This document shows, piece by piece, positions 46,672 through 48,382 of a stretch of DNA of 48,382 nt; position 1 is the first letter of the stretch; the number at the start of each line of letters is the position of its first letter. The position numbers and the translations under genes are program-made. The stretch lies in assembly GCA_964441445.1 (NCBI GenBank), contig CAYTYO010000002.1:1-48382 (forward strand). Reading direction: 5' to 3'. Under the pieces are notes generated by a model. It saw only the letters and a list, made by a program, of their open reading frames with translations. It did no database searches and was not told the DNA's origin. The DNA comes from an uncultured Gammaproteobacteria bacterium. GTDB lineage: Bacteria > Patescibacteriota > Microgenomatia > CAZETR01 > Amesbacteraceae.

Positions 46672-46914
46672 CTACAGGTCCTTTACCATGTTTTTAAGCT
46701 GAGCAAATTCACCCGGCCTGTCAGCCGAATTTGTTCCTTCCAGATCCAGCATCCATTCATTCGGTGTCTCCTGCATCACAGTACTCTGATGCAAAACCTG
46801 TGATCTTCCGTTCTCACTACTCAACCGCAATAAAAATACCGCCGTAGACATCAAAATCACAGCGAGAAGCGCTAACATAAACTGTTCATCCCGGTGTTGT
46901 TTAGATTTAGACAT
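46672..46914 (-). CDS. Hypothetical single-TM protein (80 aa)
   Basis: ORF with one TM (FMLALLAVILMSTAVFLL). No motif. Confidence 0.5.
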   Translation of the reverse strand: MSKSKQHRDEQFMLALLAVILMSTAVFLLRLSSENGRSQVLHQSTVMQETPNEWMLDLEGTNSADRPGEFAQLKNMVKDL

Positions 46915-46921
46915 ATACTTT

Positions 46922-47581
46922 TTAATCGACAGTCACAGGCTTTGTCGGCAACGGAGTTCCCATCACTTTAGCCAGAGCCCGGATCGCATCAGACACTGCT
47001 GTGCGGGCAATCTTTACTTTCTCGTTAACTCCACGCAATGTCTGTTCCAAACCGGATACCGCCCTTCCCACTTCTCCTGAAAGACCGGTTGTGGATCCGG
47101 AAATATTAATGGTGCAATCGGCATTGGCTTGATTAGAAACTGCCGTTTTAGCTTCCGCAATTCGGCTCTTTGCCCTCTCCACCGCCGTTTTAACTGCACC
47201 GACATCCTTACCCCGTGCACTGGCGCTAGCTGCTCTAAGCTCAACTTTTTCAAGTATCTGTCCCATCCGGTTCAACTGATTCATCATCGTACTAGTTCTG
47301 TTTTTATTGATGTTGCACATCTGCGTCCCGATCCTTTCCACCAATCTCTGTTTCGTCTCGTCCTTAATCTTAGCGAGATTTTCTTCAAACCTTGCTCTGA
47401 ATATTTCTTTTTTCACCACAGCACTTCCTGTCCCTGCTCTGGCTTCTACCTTATTGATTATCCTTACCTCTCCGTCATTTGCTATTACTGTGCTTGAAGC
47501 TCTTGCCACCGCCGTCTCAGCTACCACCCTTACCGGAAAAAAGGCTATTGCTAAAATCATCACTCCCAATAACTTTTTCAT
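46922..47581 (-). CDS. Hypothetical secreted alpha-helical protein
   Basis: Signal peptide MKKLLGVMILAIAFFPVRVVA, then an Ala/Arg/Lys-rich helical sequence. Confidence 0.6.
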   Translation of the reverse strand: MKKLLGVMILAIAFFPVRVVAETAVARASSTVIANDGEVRIINKVEARAGTGSAVVKKEIFRARFEENLAKIKDETKQRLVERIGTQMCNINKNRTSTMMNQLNRMGQILEKVELRAASASARGKDVGAVKTAVERAKSRIAEAKTAVSNQANADCTINISGSTTGLSGEVGRAVSGLEQTLRGVNEKVKIARTAVSDAIRALAKVMGTPLPTKPVTVD

Positions 47582-47639
47582 ACTGCTTTGCTGTTGGGTA
47601 GTACATCATAAAACCGGTCCCTATGTCAAGGCCAACCGG

Positions 47640-47645
47640 TATAAT
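47640..47645 (+). promoter_or_regulatory. Consensus -10 box TATAAT 7 nt upstream of the tgt start codon
   Basis: TATAAT-tcacatt-ATG seen directly. No good -35 and no Shine-Dalgarno in between. Confidence 0.35.
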
Positions 47646-47652
47646 TCACATT

Positions 47653-48382
47653 ATGTTCGAATTTATTCCTCAAAAGCAGCTTGCCGGATCCGGCCGGACC
47701 GGAACTTTAATTACCCCGCATGGACCAATCCACACTCCGGTTTTTATGCCCGTAGGTACTACTGCAACTGTTAAATCACTCTCTCCGGAAGATTTGGAAA
47801 GTATTGGCGCCCAGATTATTCTCGCCAATAACTACCACCTCTTTTTAAGACCGGGATCGAAAAACTTAAAAAAACTTGGCGGGCTGCATAAATTCATGAA
47901 CTGGTCCCACCCCATCTTAACTGACTCCGGCGGTTTCCAGGTTCAGTCCTTAAGCCGTGAGGGCGTAGATTTGTGTCGCATAAAAGAAGACGGTGTCGAG
48001 TTCCGCTCTCACTTGGATGGTGGCTCTCTGCATTTCCTCTCCCCCGAAACCGCTACCCGTTCCCAAATTGACATCGGTGCCGACATTATTATGGCCTTTG
48101 ACGATTCCACCCCTGCCGACGCTACCCGGAAAAGAACCCTTCAGGCTATGGACCGCACTCATCGCTGGTTATTAGCCTGCATTCATACTTGGAAAGAACA
48201 CTTGCCCAAATCAAACCCCTTTCCCCAGGCGTTATTCGGCATAATCCAGGGCGGCGATTTTCCAGATTTGCGCCGCCAAAGCGCCGAGTTTGTCATTGCC
48301 CAAAATCTTCCCGGTATCGCCATTGGCGGAGCATCCATCGGTAAAGAAGCAAATGAAACAGCAGAAAACATCGCCATGGTCC
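47653..48382 (+). CDS. tgt: tRNA-guanine transglycosylase (queuine tRNA-ribosyltransferase), 3'-partial at window end
   Basis: My own translation: MFEFIPQKQLAGSGRTGTLITPHGPIHTPVFMPVGTTATVKSL...ILANNYHL...LTDSGGFQV...IMAFDD...FGIIQGG...GIAIGG. The frame stays open to the last base, so the ORF is absent from the track. Confidence 0.93.
   Translation, partial: MFEFIPQKQLAGSGRTGTLITPHGPIHTPVFMPVGTTATVKSLSPEDLESIGAQIILANNYHLFLRPGSKNLKKLGGLHKFMNWSHPILTDSGGFQVQSLSREGVDLCRIKEDGVEFRSHLDGGSLHFLSPETATRSQIDIGADIIMAFDDSTPADATRKRTLQAMDRTHRWLLACIHTWKEHLPKSNPFPQALFGIIQGGDFPDLRRQSAEFVIAQNLPGIAIGGASIGKEANETAENIAMV

Noticed and set aside
1-48382. CRISPR arrays, rRNA genes, IS elements or transposases, and alternative genetic code (UGA recoding).
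   Set aside because: I saw no regularly spaced short repeats, no rRNA-like sequence and no transposase motifs. All conserved genes are full length under the standard code, so recoding is unnecessary.

Overview
This 48.4-kb window is compact bacterial chromosome read with the standard genetic code. It holds about 60 genes with short or overlapping junctions, most on the minus strand.

The backbone is housekeeping:
- Xer-like recombinase, yebC, a Kef-type antiporter, rluA-family synthase, a dksA-like gene and tRNA-Leu(CAA).
- dnaB, hisS, prfA, rpmE, htrA and ctp.
- rpsF-ssb-rpsR, ychF, rarA and cysS.
- dnaX-ybaB-recR, ybeY, yqeY, rpsU and a partial tgt.

Several PMT/ArnT-like GT-C glycosyltransferases, LytR_C-only proteins and many small secreted or membrane hypotheticals suggest a small-genome Patescibacteria/CPR-like organism. 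That is inference only. I found no rRNA, CRISPR array or transposase.

The most interesting stretch is an accessory segment at about 21.2-25.9 kb. A 736-aa single gene fuses a DUF262 (GmrSD-type) module, a His-Me nuclease motif and a C-terminal Schlafen/AlbA_2 domain. It sits exactly between two 5'-truncated gene remnants, a GH8 C-terminal piece and a RidA C-terminal piece, and lies next to a visibly lower-GC HIT-HAD-HAD operon.

Other points worth a second look:
- A NOX/FRE-type flavocytochrome translationally coupled to a GT-C glycosyltransferase.
- A promoter-hairpin-terminator leader in front of a PIG-L deacetylase/CysRS pair joined by an ATGA overlap.
- A putative metal module with a palindromic operator.
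- An orphan ATP-cone protein.
- Imperfect direct repeats beside the recombinase.

All functional calls come from motif recognition by eye. No database search was run.
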